Source: Macrostomum hystrix (Eukaryota; Animalia; Platyhelminthes). Taken from it: a stretch of 64,000 nt of DNA. The notes under the pieces were generated by a model, which was given only the letters and a program-made list of their open reading frames with translations, ran no database searches and was not told the origin of the DNA. The DNA is taken from assembly GCA_950097015.1 (NCBI GenBank), contig CATNEN010000039.1, forward strand, positions 11,098,001 through 11,162,000, given 5' to 3'. The position numbers and the translations under genes are program-made. Position 1 is the stretch's first letter. Each line of letters begins with the position of its first letter. Below are positions 1-14,030 of the stretch, piece after piece.

Positions 1-290
1 TTCCAGTTCACCGAGCTTGTTGTTGATGCCGTCAGCGTTCCACTGCAAAATTTTTAGGGATCCTTGGTTCAGCAGCCACTCCAAACTCCTGCCGGGGTTG
101 GGTCAGCCTCGGGTGAAGAGTGATTGGATCGGCTAGAAGCGGTAGTACAGGGCTGGCGGCACCAAAGACCCTGGCGAACGTCATTCCTTTGCGAATATGC
201 CTTCGCGCGATTCCATGGTGACAATTCCATGCATTTCCAGTCAGGTTTGTCCGCGGCATAACGGCTGAGGCCGTTAAGCGTTGCAGCACA
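1..290 (-). pseudogene. Start of a non-LTR retrotransposon ORF2 (APE endonuclease N-terminus), running off the window edge
   Basis: The minus strand at ~69-1 reads NQGSLKILQWNADGINNKLGELE, the typical APE 'ILQWN' start. Upstream sequence is frameshifted. Confidence 0.65.
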
Positions 291-668
291 GGAATTTATG
301 CTAGAGCGCCTGCCGCCAGTGACATAGCCAGGGTTTTGTCTGGGGTTGGGGGGCAGCGCCTTTTGGGGGTGCCACTACTGGGGAATGAGCCACTACTGCC
401 ACAGGATGGTGACCAAAAGGATTGATGACACACTCAGGCAGTCCTGGTGTTCGTGTTATGGTGCTATTCAACCTCGCTCTGCTTGTGTAATCGACGTTAA
501 CCTCCGCGACAGAAACGCGGCATTAAAGAGGACACACCGCGGGGCGATGTACCGTTCGTTGAGACCGCGGGATATTGATGTTCTTGCTGCTATTGTTGCC
601 ATTGTTAGTCTTGTTTTGAAAACTGTGCTTTGTTCTCAGCTACGTTGTTGTAATGTTGTTGTATCACG

Positions 669-1735
669 GTGACAGTGTGTGTGCATCAGTGTCATTACAG
701 TGTGGATCAGTTTCATCACAGTGTGCATCAGTGTCATCACAGTGTGTGTGCATCAGTGTCATCACAGTGTGTGTGCATCAGTGTCATTACAGTGTGGATC
801 AGTTTCATCAGTGTGCATCAGTGTCATCACAGTGTGTGTGCATCAGTGTCATCACAGTGTGCATCAGTGTCATCACAGTGTGTGTGCATCAGTGTCATCA
901 CAGTGTGCATCAGTGTCATCACAGTGTGTGTGCATCAGTGTCATTACAGTGTGGATCAGTTTCATCAGTGTGCATCAGTGTCATCACAGTGTGTGTGCAT
1001 CAGTGTCATCACAGTGTGCATCAGTGTCATCACAGTGTGTGTGCATCAGTGTCATCACAGTGTGCATCAGTGTCATCACAGTGTGTGTGCATCAGTGTCA
1101 TCACAGTGTGCATCAGTGTCATCACAGTGTGTGTGCATCAGTGTCATCACAGTGTGTGTGCATCAGTGTCATCACAGTGTGTGTGCATCAGTGTCATTAC
1201 AGTGTGGATCAGTTTCATCACAGTGTGCATCAGTGTCATCACAGTGTGTGTGCATCAGTGTCATTACAGTGTGGATCAGTTTCATCAGTGTGCATCAGTG
1301 TCATCACAGTGTGTGTGCATCAGTGTCATCACAGTGTGCATCAGTGTCATCACAGTGTGCATCAGTTTCATCACAGTGTGCATCAGTGTCATCACAGTGT
1401 GCATCAGTGTCATCACAGTGTGTGTGCATCAGTGTCATCACAGTGTGCATCAGTGTCATCACAGTGTGTGTGCATCAGTGTCATCACAGTGTGTGTGCAT
1501 CAGTGTCATCACAGTGTGCATCAGTGTCATCACAGTGTGTGTGCATCAGTGTCATCACAGTGTGTGTGCATCAGTGTCATCACAGTGTGTGTGCATCAGT
1601 GTCATCACAGTGTGTGTGCATCAGTGTCATGACAGTGTGAATCAGTGTCCTCATAGTGTTCCAGTGTGTGTGCATCAGTGTCATGACAGTGTGAATCAGT
1701 GTCCTCATAGTGTTCCAGTGTGTGTGCATCAGTAT
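669..1735. repeat. Minisatellite, 21/25-bp units (cagtgt[gtgt]gcatcagtgtcatca)
   Basis: Direct tandem array. It explains the three overlapping repetitive ORFs here. Confidence 0.95.
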
Positions 1736-2816
1736 AAGCTGAACATCAGTGGTACATCATACGACACACTTCCAGTGGATATGTTTTTCTTAGAACTGGG
1801 TCCTTGTCGCAATGTCGGGTTCGGGCTATTAATAACTATAAATGTCATCATTTATGAAGTCCCACAGCTCAATAAGATGTCAAGCACTACTTTAAAAGGC
1901 CTAGATAGAGTACGCGCTTCTACATCCCAATCGTCTTTACTTGGGGGGGGGTAGAATGAAAATGAAATCTGCTCGTGACATTCGTTTTTACTGCCGCAGC
2001 TCAAGTACTAGGGCTTAGGAGTCCTGACGACATAGGTGTGAATTATAAAACTGCCCCACACAGACATCTCAGCACAGCCACTGATAATTATCAATCTTAT
2101 CAATCCTGATATCCTGATATCCTGATATCAATCAATCTGCTTATCAGTCTTAGCAGACAAACACTTGTGTTATTATAGCTGATGCTAGCACAAAGCTGAG
2201 ATTTAATCAATTTTTGCTTGTCTCAGAGCTCTTTTTTTGACAACGAAAATGAAATCAGGAGCGGAAGCCGCGGCGCAGACTATGGGAAGATCTGGGGGGA
2301 AAACTGGGAAATCGACACTGCCCCCTGAGCTGCTGCGGAAGGCGATTCGAAAGGAAAATTCCAGAGACCGAAGAACTGACGATAAACACGCAGCAGGGAA
2401 ATACAAAACAATTCTCCGGCTTTGCTGGCAGCAGCCGAGGGGCCTCAGCCTCAGCTGCGTGGCCAGCCTCCAGGGCGACCACCCCTCCTCCTTCCGCTTG
2501 TCTAATTTGCTTCGCACTGCACAGGAAGTGAGGCGACACGGCCGAATGGCACCCCCGCTCAGACGAGCCCGCCTGCAGCCCTGCGCTCTGTTTTTGAAGG
2601 CCGAGGCTTGAAAATGCCTTCCTGTTTAGCGGCCTGAAGTGCAGCCTGGCTGCAGCTGCTGCTACATGGAGAGGCTGAATGGAATATCTGTTGGCCTGAC
2701 CATCTTTGGACACTCTGGAATTATTCTAAATAGGAAGCCATCAATTATTTCCTATTGAATATTTGCAGCAAACAATTTAATGAGCAATACGTTTATATGC
2801 TTAGTGACCGTCCTAA

Positions 2817-3530
2817 CACTAGCCTCAATCTGAGCAGTATGGCCTCAATCTGAGCAGTATGGCCTGAATCTGAGCAGTATGGCCTCAATCTAAGCAGTAT
2901 AAGCCTCAATCTGAGCACTATAGCCTCAATCTGAGCAGTATAAGCCTCAATCTGAGCAGTATTGCCTGAATCTGAGCAGTATTGCCTCAATCTGAGCAGT
3001 ATAAGCCTCAATCTGAGCAGTATGGCCTCAATCTGAGCACTATAGCCTCAATCTGAGCAGTATAAGCCTCAATCTGAGCAGTATAAGCCTCAATCTGAGC
3101 AGTATAAGCCTCAATCTGAGCAGTATAAGCCTCAATCTGAGCAGTATAAGCCTCAATCTGAGCAGTATTGCCTGAATCTGAGCAGTATTGCCTCAATCTG
3201 AGCAGTATTGCCTCAATCTGAGCAGTATGGCCTCAATCTGAGCAGTATTGCCTCAATCTGAGCAGTATGGCCTCAATCTAAGCAGTATAAGCCTCAATCT
3301 GAGCAGTATTGCCTCAATCTGAGCACTATAGCCTCAATCTGAGCAGTATAAGCCTCAATCTGAGCAGTATGGCCTCAATCTGAGCAGTATTGCCTCAATC
3401 TGAGCACTATAGCCTCAATCTGAGCACTATAGCCTCAATCTGAGCAGTATACGATGCTCGTAAGCCTCAATCTGAGCAGTATGGCCTGAATCTGAGCAGT
3501 ATGGCCTCAATCTGAGCACTAGCCTCAATC
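2817..3530. repeat. Minisatellite, 20/21-bp unit gcctcaatctgagcagtat(g/aa)
   Basis: About 35 tandem copies. Each unit contains the small inverted motif CTCA-atc-TGAG. Confidence 0.95.
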
Positions 3531-4049
3531 TGTAAGCAGCCCTCAAAAGCTGTGCAGTGTCCAGCCCCTAGGCAAAGTCAGAATCTACAAAAGAAACACG
3601 AATGGCGCAAAAGCCGATCCAGCTTCTGATTAAACCCGCAGCTTTTGTCAAACTAACAAAGGACTGTTTTTACTTTCGAGTGCCGAAGTCCGCGGACAAA
3701 TGGCCTATGATGCATGATTCATTATTCGGAGGATGAAAGCACGAAGTCTTACTCGAGACCCGCATGTACTCTAACTAGCCACTGGTCTCCTACCTGCTAA
3801 TTTGAGTGATGGCTGCGACTTTTAAACTGGCTAAAAATGGCCCGGCCAGCGTCACCACCGCTGGAAACCCGATGAGGAATGGAGGAGGCTGGGACTGCTC
3901 TTGGATTGGATTGGACCAGATCGCCCGGGTAGGGGCCCGAGCCGAAAGCATGTAAGCCCGGGCAGCTCTCATCACACAGAATCCGCCCACCGTGAGACTC
4001 ATGTGACTGCAGCCTGCCCTGCCCCAGCCAGACAACTGCTGTGTAAGTG

Positions 4050-4506
4050 ATCCATCTATCTATCTATTTATCTATCCATCTATCTATCTATCTAACCATC
4101 TATCTATCTATTTATCTATCCATCTATCTATCTATCTATCTAACCATCTATCTATCTATCTTTCTATCTATCTATATCTATCTATCTATTTATCTATCCA
4201 TCTATCTATCTATTTATCTATCCATCTATCTATCTATTTATCTATCCATCTATCTATCTATTTATCAATCCATCTATCTATCTATTTATCAATCCATCTA
4301 TCTATCTATTTATCAATCCATCTATCTATCTATCTAACCATCTATCTATCTATTTATCTATCCATCTATCTATCTATCTAACCATCTATCTATCTATATT
4401 TCTATCTATCTATATCTATCTATCTATTTATCTATCCATCTATCTATCTATTTATCTATCCATCTATCTATCTATTTATCTATCCATCTATCTATCTATC
4501 TATCTA

Positions 4507-4553
<47 letters not shown>

Positions 4554-4667
4554 TTATCTATCCATCTATCTATCTATTTATCTATCCATCTATCTATCTA
4601 TTTATCTATCCATCTATCTATCTATCTAACCATCCATCTATCTATTTATCTATCATCTATCCATCTA
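4050..4667. repeat. (TATC)n / GATA microsatellite
   Basis: Imperfect tetranucleotide repeat of ~620 bp. Confidence 0.97.
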
Positions 4668-5120
4668 TAGTCAAGTTTTTCACTCACCTTTTTGAGCAGT
4701 GAATGGCCATTGTTGCCTGCAAATAGCCAGTGAATAGCCAACGGGTTGGATTGTTTCAGCAGGTTTTTTAACCTCCTGTTTGGGGATAAGATGTGAGAAA
4801 AAAAGAAAGTTTTCGGTCGATACAGCGGGTAAAAGTGCGCTATACGAAGCAGCAGAGCTAAAAACAAATTATTTTCCGCGAGCGCGAGAGACTCATGGGA
4901 AAGTTGCCTATTCTAGTACAATAGGTAACCAATTTAGTTAAAGATATTCTTCATCTGCTGCAGCAAGCTGAAAATTTTCTCCGCAAGGCATCAATAGATA
5001 ATGACTGCTCCACAAATGACTGATTGGGCTAGGAGCCTTCGGTAACAAAGAGGGCCGCCCCTACCTATTTTACTGCAAATCATCAAAGGCCTCTTATAAC
5101 CTGGCCACTGCAGATTCAGC

Positions 5121-6482
5121 ATGCAGAGCCACCTTGAAGCCCCGATGCCGGCCAACCAGTCGCAGCTGGACCTGCTGGCAAGCGGCCTGAACCGCTGCCT
5201 GATCGACGGTGCAGCGGCGGAGGAGTCCGACTCGTGCAGAAAGATTTTCTACGAATTCTTCGAGAATCAAGACATGAGCTTCAAGCTGAGCATGAGCTCG
5301 GCACTCGGCCTGCTGTTCGCGGTCGGCGTCGTTGGCAATGTGCTGGTCATCTCCAGCATTGTGCTCTTCCCTTCGATGCGCTCTCGCACCAACATCTTCC
5401 TGCTGAATCTGGCCGTCAGCGACCTCCTCGTGTTCCTGTTCTGCCTGCCGGTCACGGCTTACAAGGTGATGCGAACCCACTGGAACCTCGGCCTGATCGT
5501 CTGTAAACTGTCGCCATTTCTGCAAGGTGTCTCAGTGTGCGTCAGCATCGGGTCCCTGGCGTCCATGTCCATCAAGCGCTACCTTGTCATCCGCTACCCC
5601 CTGACCGCCAAGGAGCGGCTGTCCAACCGGGCCATGTGCGTCTGGGTGGCGAGCATCTGGAGCCTGGCGGTGCTCATCAGCAGTCCCATCGCCTCTGTGC
5701 ACCGGATCACCGAGAATCAGTTCCTGTGGAATGCGTCATTCCTGTCCTGCCTCGAAGAGTGGTCGTCACCTGCCAGCAAGCTGTCCTACACAATGTTCAT
5801 TTTCATGACACTGTACCTGATACCGTTGGTTGCCATGGCAATTTTCTACTCAATGCTGGGCCGAGCTCTGATCTCGACGGTAAAGTTCACGCGCCAGGTG
5901 ACCAACGAGACGCACCAGAACAGCCTAAGGGCCGTGAGTCGGGGTCGCGTCAAGGTCAGCAAAATGATGATCGCGCTGCTGGTCGCTTTTGCCGCTTGCT
6001 GGCTGCCGCATCACGTTGTCATGATATTCCTTGACCTGACTCAGCTGAGCGGCAGCGAACAGCTGACTGCCACGAACAGCTCGAAGCTGCTTGCGAACAG
6101 CAGCCAGACTAGACTAGTCAATAACGCTCTGAAAACTGCGATGCCGATCGCACTGCTGATGAGCTACGTCAACAGCGCCATCAACCCGCTTTGCCTGCTG
6201 CTGATCAGCTCCAAGTTCAAGAAGTACTTCAAGCTCATCCTGACCCTGAAGTGCAACTCGGAGACGCGCGCCGCTCGGTCCAGATCTGAGCAACTGCATA
6301 TGCACTCGCTGTGCTCACGCCAGCAGCAGCAGCAGCAGCAGCTCCAACACCAGCACAATCAGCTCCTGCAGCATCGACGAGATGAAGCGCCTAGCAACCA
6401 TGAAGCCTCTGTAATTGCTGACGTCAGCCGCGTCTCGGCTGTTCAAGAGCCCATTGCGGCGCCACTGCTGCTTAGCAACTAG
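5121..6482 (+). CDS. Intronless class A (rhodopsin-like) GPCR, neuropeptide-receptor type, with polyQ C-tail
   Basis: Seven hydrophobic segments with GN (TM1), NLAVSD (TM2), WxLGxxVCK, SIKRY at the DRY position, CxExW (ECL2), CWLP (TM6) and NSAINP (TM7). Confidence 0.92.
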   Translation: MQSHLEAPMPANQSQLDLLASGLNRCLIDGAAAEESDSCRKIFYEFFENQDMSFKLSMSSALGLLFAVGVVGNVLVISSIVLFPSMRSRTNIFLLNLAVSDLLVFLFCLPVTAYKVMRTHWNLGLIVCKLSPFLQGVSVCVSIGSLASMSIKRYLVIRYPLTAKERLSNRAMCVWVASIWSLAVLISSPIASVHRITENQFLWNASFLSCLEEWSSPASKLSYTMFIFMTLYLIPLVAMAIFYSMLGRALISTVKFTRQVTNETHQNSLRAVSRGRVKVSKMMIALLVAFAACWLPHHVVMIFLDLTQLSGSEQLTATNSSKLLANSSQTRLVNNALKTAMPIALLMSYVNSAINPLCLLLISSKFKKYFKLILTLKCNSETRAARSRSEQLHMHSLCSRQQQQQQQLQHQHNQLLQHRRDEAPSNHEASVIADVSRVSAVQEPIAAPLLLSN

Positions 6483-6960
6483 CAGGAAGCGAGTGACATC
6501 CGGCTGCTGCCGCCATTCACTCGCGCTCCAATCATTATTTTTCTTGGACCAAGACTTGACGCATTGAAATCGAATCCACAGCTTAAAAGTACATAAAAGT
6601 AAAGATGTACTTTGGAATTTTGCATAAAAAGATAGAAAAGCATCGTCAACTATTCGTTTTAGTCACAGTCTCAGATACTATGCTAGAAGTTCTTACACGT
6701 GTCCACATGTTAATCCATACAGATTTTGGGACGCGTGAAGTTTTCTCGTCTGCTATGCTATTTAACTCAAACAAGAAAGCTAAAAATTTAATTACGAGCG
6801 TAGAATTAAAATAAAAAAATGGATGAATTAAAATCTAAACTAAAGCATCAAAATATTTAATTAATTTATTAAGTAAGATTAAGTAAGCTGGCGTGACATT
6901 GAGCCACCTTAGATGTCACAATTTATTAGCAATTTTGTTAAGAATATATAATTCCTTTTC

Positions 6961-9070
6961 CCACTTGCAAACTATCTACAGCACTCATTCCTGTCTGTAT
7001 TGCTGACTCCCTACCACTTGCAAACTATCTACAGCACTCATTCCTGTCTGTATTGCTGACTCCCTACCACTTGCAAACTATCTACAGCACTCATTCCTGT
7101 CTGTATTGCTGACTCCCTCCCACTTGCAAACTATCTACAGCACTCATTCCTGTCTGTATTGCTGACTCCCTCCCACTTGCAAACTATCTACAGCACTCAT
7201 TCCTGTCTGTATTGCTGACTCCCTGCCACTTGCAAACTATCTACAGCACTCATTCCTGTCTGTATTGCTGACTCCCTGCCACTTGCAAACTATCTACAGC
7301 ACTCATTCCTGTCTGTATTGCTGACTCCCTGCCACTTGCAAACTATCTACAGCACTCATTCCTGTCTGTATTGCTGACTCCCTCCCACTTGCAAACTATC
7401 TACAGCACTCATTCCCGTCTGTATTGCTGACTCCCTGCCACTTGCAAACTATCTACAGCACTCATTCCCGCCTGTTTTGCTGACTCCCTCCCACTTGCAA
7501 ACTATCTACAGCACTCATTCCCGCCTGTATTGCTGACTCCCTCCCACTTGCAAACTATCTACAGCACTCATTCCCGTCTGTATTGCTGACTCCCTGCCAC
7601 TTGCAAACTATCTACAGCACTCATTCCCGTCTGTATTGCTGACTCCCTGCCACTTGCAAACTATCTACAGCACTCATTCCCGTCTGTATTGCTGACTCCC
7701 TGCCACTTGCAAACTATCTACAGCACTCATTCCCGTCTGTATTGCTGACTCCCTCCCACTTGCAAACTATCTACAGCACTCATTCCCGTCTGTATTGCTG
7801 ACTCCCTGCCACTTGCAAACTATCTACAGCACTCATTCCCGTCTGTATTGCTGACTCCCTCCCACTTGCAAACTATCTACAGCACTCATACCCGTCTGTA
7901 TTGCTGACTCCCTGCCACTTGCAAACTATCTACAGCACTCATTCCTGTCTGTATTGCTGACTCCCTCCCACTTGCAAACTATCTACAGCACTCATTCCTG
8001 TCTGTATTGCTGACTCCCTCCCACTTGCAAACTATCTGCAGCACTCATTCCCGTCTGTATTGCTGACTCCCTCCCACTTGCAAACTATCTACAGCACTCA
8101 TTCCGTCTGTATTGCTGACTCCCTGCCACTTGCAAACTATCTGCAGCACTCATTCCTGTCTGTATTGCTGACTCCCTCCCACTTGCAAACTATCTACAGC
8201 ACTCATTCCCGTCTGTATTGCTGACTCCTCCCACTTGCAAACTATCTACAGCACTCATTCCCGTCTGTATTGCTGACTCCTCCCACTTGCAAACTATCTA
8301 CAGCACTCATTCCCGTCTGTATTGCTGACTCCTCCCACTTGCAAACTATCTACAGCACTCATTCCCGTCTGTATTGCTGACTCCCTCCCACTTGCAAACT
8401 ATCTACAGCACTCATTCCCGTCTGTATTGCTGACTCCTCCCACTTGCAAACTATCTACAGCACTCATTCCCGTCTGTATTGCTGACTCCCTCCCACTTGC
8501 AAACTATCTACAGCACTCATTCCCGTCTGTATTGCTGACTCCCTCCCACTTGCAAACTATCTACAGCACTCATTCCCGTCTGTATTGCTGACTCCCTACC
8601 ACTTGCAAACTATCTACAGCACTCATTCCTGTCTGTATTGCTGACTCCCTGCCACTTGCAAACTATCTACAGCACTCATTCCTGTCTGTATTGCTGACTC
8701 CCTGCCACTTGCAAACTATCTACAGCACTCATTCCTGTCTGTATTGCTGACTCCCTGCCACTTGCAAACTATCTACAGCACTCATTCCGTCTGTATTGCT
8801 GACTCCCTCCCACTTGCAAACTATCTACAGCACCCATTCCCGTCTGTATTGCTGACTCCCTGCCACTTGCAAACTATCTACAGCACTCATTCCCGTCTGT
8901 ATTGCTGACTCCCTGCCACTTGCAAACTATCTACAGCACTCATTCCCGTCTGTATTGCTGACTCCCTGCCACTTGCAAACTATCTACAGCACTCATTCCC
9001 GTCTGTATTGCTGACTCCCTGCCACTTGCAAACTATCTACAGCACTCATTCCCGTCTGTTTTGCTGACTC
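6961..9070. repeat. Minisatellite, 53-bp unit (~40 copies)
   Basis: ccacttgcaaactatctacagcactcattcc(t/c)gtctgtattgctgactccct(a/g/c) repeated in tandem. Confidence 0.97.
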
Positions 9071-9722
9071 AGTTCGCTGTACACAGAACACACTGAACAC
9101 AGTTCGCTGTATAGCATGTATTTTTCACTCTGCAAAAGCAAAAATTCACTGCATAAAAGTTCGAATCAGCCCAATTGGTTTGAGCCTCGTGGCTTAAAGA
9201 ACCAAATAAACAAATCCTCAGCAAATTTAACCTACAGGAAACATTTCCCAGTGTACAGGATGCGAGTTTTTTGAGTTTTGCTTGTTCACATGCGACCGGA
9301 ACAGAACTAGTAGCCGCATGTGCCTGCTATGTGAACAGCTATGCGTGGTGTCTGCACAGAGACAAACAGCGGAAATAGAGCAGGCTGTCAACCCGACCAC
9401 TCCGAACCCGTCCCTGCATCATCACTGGTTACTGGGGGAACACACGGCTAGTGCTGCCTGTTTGCCCTGCCGTAAATTTTATGCTAAGCTATTGTACTGG
9501 CAGCAGGTACATGCAGTGAGCTGAACAACTTCCAGAATCACAAAACATCGACATCGTCAAGATATTCAACTCATCGGCGCGGTAAATTTTGATCCATGTG
9601 GTAGACTTCCATGAAAATCTGTCATTCGGTTTGGGAGCTGTCGTGAAGTAGGCAGCGGGTATTTGAAATAGCCCTGTGGTCTTCCCCCCACGGTGCAAGT
9701 ATTTGGTGTGAATGTTCGATAG

Positions 9723-10384
<662 letters not shown>

Positions 10385-11309
10385 TTCTATAGATTTAGAA
10401 ATTCCTTTTTAGGATATTTTAGGATACTCGTATTTTCGAGGCCACGCTTCACAATACTCACAGGTGAACTCAGTAGCTTCTGATTCGCAATGTTCACAAT
10501 ATTTTTGTCTGAAAGCCCCTGAAAATGAGTTTGTGAAATGTAGCAAAATTTAGCAACAGCCGATGAAATAGCATCTATAACATCACATTATATAGTACCA
10601 GTACTAGCACAGCTGTTTAAAATCGATAAAACTACTACTATCTCACCTAATTAAATTGGGCTTAAAGTCTGTCTTAAGCGATAGTTCAAAAGGAATTAAG
10701 AGCCTAGTGTCATTGTAATTTATTAGTCCTTGCAATGCCCAGGTGATGCAGTGCCACATACGATAATAAGCGAAGGATCAAATAATTCAGACTGTACACT
10801 ATGCAGCAGTAGTGAAGGCTTGATACTTGATCTTGCCCGAGTCTGTCAATTAAGCAGTGATTGGTCATCTCACAGATGCAAAGCCTCTCATTAATGAGGC
10901 GTGTTTGAAATACAACTGAAGCAACTGAAGAGTTAATTATATACCAGTGGTGTCAATAACGCATGCACTATTCTAGACTAGTGCAAGATCACAATAGCGG
11001 AACACAACTGCCAATTGTGTCAGGCTACGACATTTTCGTTTATAAAAGCCATCTGTCTGATATGTAAAATGTCAAAATGACAAATTGCTAATTGGCTGAT
11101 GAAGCTAATCAATTTAAAGGCTTCAGTTAAAAGCATGTCTATGACTGGATAAGCATGGAGAACAGGCGTCATGGGCTGGAAAGCTGGATAGATATCTCAA
11201 ATATCTTGATTATCTTAAACTTAAAAATTCTTCTGTGACTGTCGAACTCGTCTGTGAATTCTGTGAGTTCACTGTGAATTACCCTTGTGAGTTCTTTGGT
11301 TTTGCTTTG

Positions 11310-11935
11310 AAATATTCACAGGTGAACTCAGTAGTATTTGATTCACAATATTCACATGTGAACTCAGTAGTATTTGATTCACAATATTCACATGTGAACT
11401 CAGTAGTATTTGATTCACAATATTCACATGTGAACTCAGTAGAATTTGATTCACAATATTCACATGTGAACTCAGTAGTATTTGATTCACAATATTCACA
11501 TGTGAACTCAGTAGTATTTGATTCACAATATTCACATGTGAACTCAGTAGTATTTGATTCACAATATTCACATGTGAACTCAGTAGAATTTGATTCACAA
11601 TATTCACATGTGAACTCAGTTGTATTTGATTCACAATATTCACATGTGAACTCAGTAGTATTTGATTCACAATATTCACATGTGAACCCAGTAGTATTTG
11701 ATTCACAATATTCACATGTGAACTCAGTAGTATTTGATTCACAATATTCACATGTGAACTCAGTAGTATTTGATTCACAATATTCACATGTGAACTCAGT
11801 AGTATTTGATTCACAATATTCACATGTGAACTCAGTAGTATTTGATTCACAATATTCACATGTGAACTCAGTAGTATTTGATTCACAATATTCACAGGTG
11901 AACTCAGTAGTATTTGATTCAAAATATTCACAGGT
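11310..11935. repeat. 36-bp minisatellite (~17 copies)
   Basis: Unit aatattcacatgtgaactcagtagtatttgattcac, containing the palindrome ttcacatgtgaa. No spacers. Confidence 0.96.
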
Positions 11936-12057
11936 AATCTTAGCTTCCGCCCTCAAAATAATTTTTTTGCATAATTCTTTTTTAGCTAAGACCATAGAGT
12001 ACTATTAACTACTCGTAGTAGTATGTTAACTTATGGTTTCTTAAAGTAGGTTTTGTA

Positions 12058-13333
12058 TTAGGGTGAGCCAAAAGTTTCCGGAATTTCATTGCATCAACAT
12101 AGTCAACTTTCGCATTCAAAGTCAACAGATTAAAACGATGTAACATAGTTGCCATTCAAGACCTTGACTCTCTCCCATCTCATAGGCAGTGCCTCAATCC
12201 CCTCCATCCAGAAGCTCCTTGGCCTAGAGTCGATCCATTCCTGCACTGCTAACTCCACATGCTGCTTGTTCGCAAACCGCCGACCATCACAGAAGTTCTG
12301 GAGGGATCTGAACACATGGTAGTCACATGGCGAGAGGTCCGGCGAGTAAGGTGGGTGAGGCAAAACGCTGAAGCCGAGGCTCGCGAGTTTGGCTTGGGTG
12401 ATTCTAGCCTTGTGTGGTCGGGCATTGTCAAACAGAAGAACTTTGTCCCGGTGCCCTGGGCACACGGATCGCAGCCGGTGGGCAACTTGCTCCAGTTCTT
12501 CGCAGATGACAGCAGCAGTGACAGCCACACCATGCGGGATGAGCTCCCAGAAGATGGGGCCCGATGAGCAGAACCAGAAGGACAAGAGCTCCTTCCCACA
12601 GTGGGGGTCTCGCCTGGAGCAGATTGGTGGCTCTTCATCAGCATTCACCCAGACCGCCGATGCGATAGGATTTTCATATGAGACCCACTTCTCATCCTGC
12701 GCAATGATGGACTTTAGGAAATATGGCGAGTGGGCCTGGAGGAGGTTCGAAGTTGCCATCTCGACCCGAGTGCCCATCTGCTGGGGAGTCAGCTCGTGGG
12801 GTACCAGAGTCGGCTTCTTCGGATCCTTGCCTGCATCATGCAGGCTCCGTCGAACTGTGCTGTAGGGCACTCCAGTTGTGGCCGACAACTTGCGCACACT
12901 GTACTCCGGGTTGTCCTCTAGGGCATGGAGAACGGCACCTTGATCGGCAGTGGGGGGTCGACCTGACCTTGGTTTGTCGGACAGGTTCCAGTCCTCCTCT
13001 ACAAAGCGAGCGAACCATTCGTACACCGTAGACTTAGAGGGTGCATGATGACCCATCAGACTTGATAGCTCGCGATGTGCCTCGGCTGCATTTCTTCCAG
13101 CGTGAAAGTGGTTGAGCAGAATTGCTCGCCATTCGTTTTTAGGCATGTCCATTATTATTACTATAGCGGCTATTCAAAAAGAGCTGAAGAGATGCGCTGA
13201 TTCTGAGTAAAAGAGATAGAAGCATGCATGCAAGTATGCTAGTGGATGACTGCCACTTTTGAGATTTACCATAAACAAAATTTGTACGAAGATCTAGCTG
13301 AAAAAAATTCCGGAAACTTTTGGTTCACCCTTA
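12058..13333 (-). mobile_element. Full-length mariner (Tc1/mariner, DD34D) transposon
   Basis: ~29-bp TIRs t(t/a)agggtga(g/a)ccaaaagtttccggaattt. TA TSDs at 12056-12057 and 13334-13335. Length 1276 bp. Confidence 0.95.
12130..13152 (-). CDS. Mariner transposase, 340 aa, intact
   Basis: N-terminal HTH region, LVPHEL, QDEKW, FDNARPH and HPPYSPDLSPCDY motifs. Confidence 0.95.
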   Translation of the reverse strand: MDMPKNEWRAILLNHFHAGRNAAEAHRELSSLMGHHAPSKSTVYEWFARFVEEDWNLSDKPRSGRPPTADQGAVLHALEDNPEYSVRKLSATTGVPYSTVRRSLHDAGKDPKKPTLVPHELTPQQMGTRVEMATSNLLQAHSPYFLKSIIAQDEKWVSYENPIASAVWVNADEEPPICSRRDPHCGKELLSFWFCSSGPIFWELIPHGVAVTAAVICEELEQVAHRLRSVCPGHRDKVLLFDNARPHKARITQAKLASLGFSVLPHPPYSPDLSPCDYHVFRSLQNFCDGRRFANKQHVELAVQEWIDSRPRSFWMEGIEALPMRWERVKVLNGNYVTSF

Positions 13334-13957
13334 TAAAAACGGCACTGTCTGTGGTTTTTTAATTTATTATTTTTTTTCTGTGCACACAAACACATTTTAG
13401 ATTTTCAGGCGTCCGAAGGATAGATAATTTTGGTGTTTCTGTCGAATGCAGTTTAAAATGGATGGTATTCTCGTATTCAGATTATTTTTCAACACAGTTG
13501 ATGATTTACGGGATTTCAGGGAAGTTTGTGAGGCTTGCATTTGCGAATGAGGCAGATAATTTATTAAGACACGCGACAATTTTCTACGAAAGAAACATTT
13601 TACTGCGAAAGAAACATTTTACTGTGGAATTAAGCAACCTCTGAATAGCAGGGATAATATAGAATCGTTAGAACGTTAGAAGGTGAACTTACCTTTGTCC
13701 ACAATAACCATGATAGCTTGTAATACCAGTTGTCTGGGCTCTGGTGCATCATTTCGGCGACAATCGACCCACAGCCAGCAAAGAGGCAATTTTGCCTATC
13801 GCGCTGAGAAGCACAGACACGCGCACAAATACGTACACAGGTGCACACTTCATCAGGTGTGTACATCTGCCATAGACTTGTTCACGATCAGGCTGTGTAC
13901 AGCCTTGATAGCTGCCCTAAAAGCCCTCGCGACTTCAAAGAGAATGAAATCGAATGT

Positions 13958-14030
13958 GGCCGGCCTCAACGCGGATTCGAGTCCAGGGTCTTTCGTGCGA
14001 GAGGCAGACGCGCCATCGCACCACTACATA
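13958..14030 (-). pseudogene. Degenerate tRNA-like sequence (possible tRNA-derived SINE head)
   Basis: Minus strand gtagtggtgcgatgg...gcctctcgcacgaaagaccctggactcgaatcc has A-box- and B-box-like motifs and resembles tRNA-Val. The stems pair poorly. Confidence 0.3.

Noticed and set aside
653-1954. Long Cys/His-rich ORFs
   Set aside because: They are open in three frames only because the minisatellite lacks stop codons.
2203-2713. Overlapping short ORFs
   Set aside because: No recognisable motifs or ATG/splice support.
11235-12008. 36-bp repeat as a CRISPR array or repeat protein
   Set aside because: The units are contiguous with no spacers, there are no cas genes, the context is eukaryotic, and the ORFs are repeat artefacts.
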